A DNA stretch of 64,000 bases. It comes from Vicugna vicugna (lineage: Eukaryota). Of the stretch, positions 61,069 through 64,000 are shown piece by piece; positions within the stretch are counted from its first letter, which is position 1, and every line of letters begins with the position of its first letter. A program made the translations under genes and the position numbers. The DNA is taken from assembly GCA_013265495.1 (NCBI GenBank), contig MU060092.1, positions 2,046,001 through 2,110,000 of the forward strand. The letters are read 5' to 3'. The notes under the pieces are model-generated. The model was not told where the DNA came from. It saw nothing but the letters and a program-made list of their open reading frames with translations, and made no database searches.

Positions 61069-61272
61069 ATCCAAGAACAAATGCACAAAAAAATACTGAA
61101 ATAAGAGGAAACAAACCACTATGAGCAAAAGTCAGCAAAAANNNNNNNNNNNNNNNNNNNNNNNNNNNNNNNNNNNNNNNNNNNNNNNNNNNNNNNNNNN
61201 NNNNNNNNNNNNNNNNNNNNNNNNNNNNNNNNNNNNNNNNNNNNNNNNNNNNNNNNNNNNNNNNNNNNNNNN

Positions 61273-61935
61273 TTCTGTATCTCAAGATGATCATACGGTT
61301 TTTTTCCTTCATTCTACTAATAAAGAGTATTACATTAATTGATTCTTTGACATCAACCACCCTTACATTCCGAGGACAGTGAAACAGTGGAAGCTTCCCC
61401 TCCAAAGGTCATGATCAGGACAAAGGCTGTCAGCTTTCACCACTTCTATCCAGCATTGTACTGTCTAACATAATTAGGCAAGAGAAAGAAATAAAAGGCA
61501 TCCAAAAGTGGAAAGGAAGAAGTAAAACTTATCTCTACTTGCAGATGATACAATTTTGTATACAGAAGATTCTCAGCAATCCACAAAATAACTATCAGAG
61601 ATAATAAATGAATTTAGTCAAGTTACAGAATACAAAATCAGTTATATTTCTATACTCTAACCATGAGCAATCCAAAAAGGAAAATTAAGATGACAATTCC
61701 ACTGCAATACCATCAAGAAGAGTAAAATTTTTAGGAATAAATTTAACCAAGGAGGTACAAGACTTGTACAGTGAAAACTACAAAACAGAGTTGAAAGAAA
61801 TTAAAGAACACTAAAATAAATGGAAAGACATCCTCTGTCCATGGACTGGGAGCGTAATTGGAAGATCAGCAATACTCCCCAAACTGATTTAAAGTGAATG
61901 CACTGAATATGCAATCCCTATCAAACTCCTAATTT
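61273..61935. mobile_element. L1 ORF2 fragment with 5' inversion (minus 61273-61370, plus 61371-61935)
   Basis: The minus part reads ggaatgtaagggtggttgatgtcaaagaatcaattaatgtaata..gatcatcttgagatacagaa. The plus part continues the RT region (gaaagaaataaaaggcatcc..cttgcagatgatac). Confidence 0.82.
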
Positions 61936-62059
61936 TAGGATTTTCTATATATAAGGTCAAATAAAAAACCCAATAGGAGGAAGCCTCCAGGCCTTGTCCC
62001 TGCTAGACATCAAGCGGTCAAAGAGCTTTCACTTGTAAATCAAATCTCTTAAAACATAC

Positions 62060-62237
62060 CTCATCTAGGATTTCTCTATTTCTTTGTAGAAGTTCGGGTA
62101 GTTCTTTGATCAACTGATCAACAGTCTGGATGCCTCCCTGCTCAATCACAGATGTGGACTTAGTCAATATAGACTGAGGTACGGTATCTCCAGATATATC
62201 TTCAATTGCTGCTGGAAGATTAAGGGAAGCTAACACC
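62060..62237 (-). CDS. PDCD6IP: ALIX exon 10 (178 nt), start of V domain: (G)VLASLNLPAAIEDISGDTVPQSILTKSTSVIEQGGIQTVDQLIKELPELLQRNREILDE
   Basis: Translation matches recalled human ALIX ~394-453. Acceptor tttttttcag|G, donor GAG|gtatgt; phase 2 in, phase 0 out. Confidence 0.98.
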
Positions 62238-63323
62238 CTGAAAAAAATGAGATACTATGTCACCTAGAGGTCTAAGCCACCTTTAAAACACTAATCTCCT
62301 ATATCCAAATTAACAGCAACAGTTATTTAGCACCCCAGAAAGGTGGATAAGCCCTGTCCATGGAAACATAAAGCAAAGATAAAGGAAAAACAAAAAATCA
62401 GTAAGTGATAAAATGAAAAAAAAAATCATTAAAGAATTAAGTTCACAGTTCAGAATTAAAAGCCAAAAAGTAGTAAATATACATTTAAATACACTAGGTA
62501 ACTTTGGCTCACAAGTCAAACTTAACTTCTGTCAGTCTGAGTAATTAAAATTCTGAGTAATCAAAAATTCTATCTAAAAATGCAATCTTTTACCACACTC
62601 TTGATTGTTATACTGTCACTGGCAAATCAGAAAAATATGCAAAACAGTTATAATTTCACATCATCTAGGCAAAATGTTGAGAACATATTTGATCTAGGTT
62701 ATTAATTACAGGCGCTTCTGTTTTGTTCTGTGGCACAGTAACAATTCTTCTGCTATTTCACTTACATTATGGAGGGAATATCAGAGTAAACTTATGTTGG
62801 TTTCTTGCTTGAAAAAGAAAAATGAAGTTAAAATCTATGCATTCATTAAAATTAAAAACACGAAAAAGCAAATCAGACTAGGAAAAAATATTCTCAATAA
62901 CACAAGTGACAAACGACTTGCCCCTAAAATATGTAAAGAATCCTTTAAAGATTTACTAAAAAAAACTCAATTTTCAAAAATGAGCAAAAGATTTCAACAG
63001 ATGCTTCACAGTAGATATATAAATGGCTAATAAGCATTGCTCAACATCCTTAGTGATTAGGGGAATGCAAATTAAACCACTGTGAGATACTGCTACATAC
63101 ACACAAAAATGGCTAAAATTAAAGAGACAAAAAACATTAAGTCCTGATAAGGATGCAGAACAACTGCATTTCTCAGTGCAGGTGGGAATATAAACTGAAA
63201 AAATGACTTTGGAAAATAATCTGGCCATTTCATATGAAGTTAAACATACACTAACAATACAACTCGGCAATTCTAATCCTAGGTCTTTACCCAAGAGAAA
63301 TAAAATATGTCCACACGAAGATT

Positions 63324-63455
63324 TTTTTCTTTCTTTTTTTTTTTTGTTAGGGGGCGGGGATTAGGTTTGTTTGTTTTTAATGGAGGTGCTGGGGATTGAA
63401 CCCAGGACCTTGTGAATGCTAAGCACGTGCTCTACCACTGAGCTATAACCTCCCC
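63324..63455 (-). mobile_element. tRNA-Ala-derived camelid SINE in intron 9 (sense to the gene)
   Basis: ggggattgaacccaggaccttgtgaatgctaagcacgtgctctaccactgagctataacctcccc; TSD cacacgaagatt / cacacaaagatt. Confidence 0.93.
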
Positions 63456-63580
63456 TTACACACAAAGATTTGTATATCAATGTTCACAGCAACTGAAATG
63501 CCCATCAATAGGTGAAAAAACTAACAAGGTATTTGATCATAAAAAGGAATACTGCTCAGTAATAAAAATGATCAAACTGA

Positions 63581-63700
63581 GGGGGGAGTGGCCAAGACGG
63601 CAGAGTAGAAAGATGCTCTTAGCTCACCCTCTCCCATGAGTATACAAAGACAGACATCCACAGACCCACCCTTTCACTCAGAACACCTGCTGAACTTTGA
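63581..63700 (+). mobile_element. Isolated L1 5'-terminal fragment (~120 nt)
   Basis: gggggagtggccaagacggcagagtagaaagatgctcttagctcaccctctccc resembles the start of the 1196 L1 (ggccaagatggcagagtagaaggagccagagctcacctc). Confidence 0.8.
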
Positions 63701-63739
63701 CAAAAATGATTCACAAAACACAGATGATGCTAAGTGAAA

Positions 63740-64000
63740 GAAGCCTAATATATTTTCAATATATACTGCACATGCTGTACATACTGTAAGTACTGCATAC
63801 TATACATGCTACAGCAATAGTATATATGGTATACAATGTCCTGTATATAAAATATATAATGTATTATATACAGTATATAGTGTATTATATACCATATATA
63901 GTATACTATACATGGTATACAATGTCCTGTATATAAAATATGTAATGTATTATACCATTTATAGTGTACTATATACTGTAATGTACATACTGCACATGTT
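63740..64000. repeat. TA-rich low-complexity region with an internal ~86-bp-period duplication
   Basis: atggtatacaatgtcctgtatataaaatat.taatgtattata occurs at 63826 and 63912. Confidence 0.85.

Larger units (their letters stand above)
532..61272. other. Eight short N gaps: 532-679, 15140-15270, 15306-15451, 16492-16642, 38344-38540, 49696-49859, 53625-53775, 61142-61272
   Basis: Read directly; lengths 131-197 nt. Confidence 0.97.
62815..63735 (+). mobile_element. Old L1M ORF2 3' part/3'UTR in intron 9, hosting two later inserts
   Basis: aaatggctaataagca..aacatccttagtgattagggggaatgcaaattaaaccac...caattctaatcctagg..tacccaagagaaat...atgctaagtgaaagaagcc. Confidence 0.8.

Noticed and set aside
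1-64000. Intact retroviral/L1 ORFs, processed pseudogenes, snRNA/rRNA copies, CRISPR-like arrays
   Set aside because: None was seen on manual reading. All transposon coding parts are fragmented with stops and frameshifts, and there is no repeat-spacer periodicity.

Overview
Mammalian genomic DNA, most likely a camelid (camel, alpaca or llama). The species call rests on five tRNA-Ala(AGC)-derived SINEs of the Vic-1 type, cetartiodactyl-style L1 3' ends, and no recognisable Bov-A/BovB, CHR, PRE-1 or Alu elements. The right ~26 kb holds the 3' half of PDCD6IP (ALIX) on the minus strand. Eight coding exons (10-13 and 15-18 in recalled human numbering) are visible with GT-AG sites and matching phases, and exon 14 is inferred to lie inside an N gap. 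There is a ~3.3-kb 3'UTR with proximal and distal AATAAA. The left ~37.7 kb is GC-richer intergenic DNA with old repeats (MIR, L2, MaLR/ERVL LTRs, hAT-Charlie) and younger L1/SINE copies, and I found no credible protein-coding gene there. I found no new gene system. The best leads are: (1) an inverted SINE pair around the frame-symmetric exon 16-17 block, which predicts an in-frame skip and a 327-nt stop-free circle; (2) a coding (Ala-Pro)5 hexamer repeat in the ALIX proline-rich domain; (3) the gap-hidden exon 14, an annotation trap; (4) a +4 tandem donor at exon 16; (5) two 5'-end-only L1 fragments. Repeat subfamily names and human comparisons are from memory, not database searches, and repeat boundaries are approximate.
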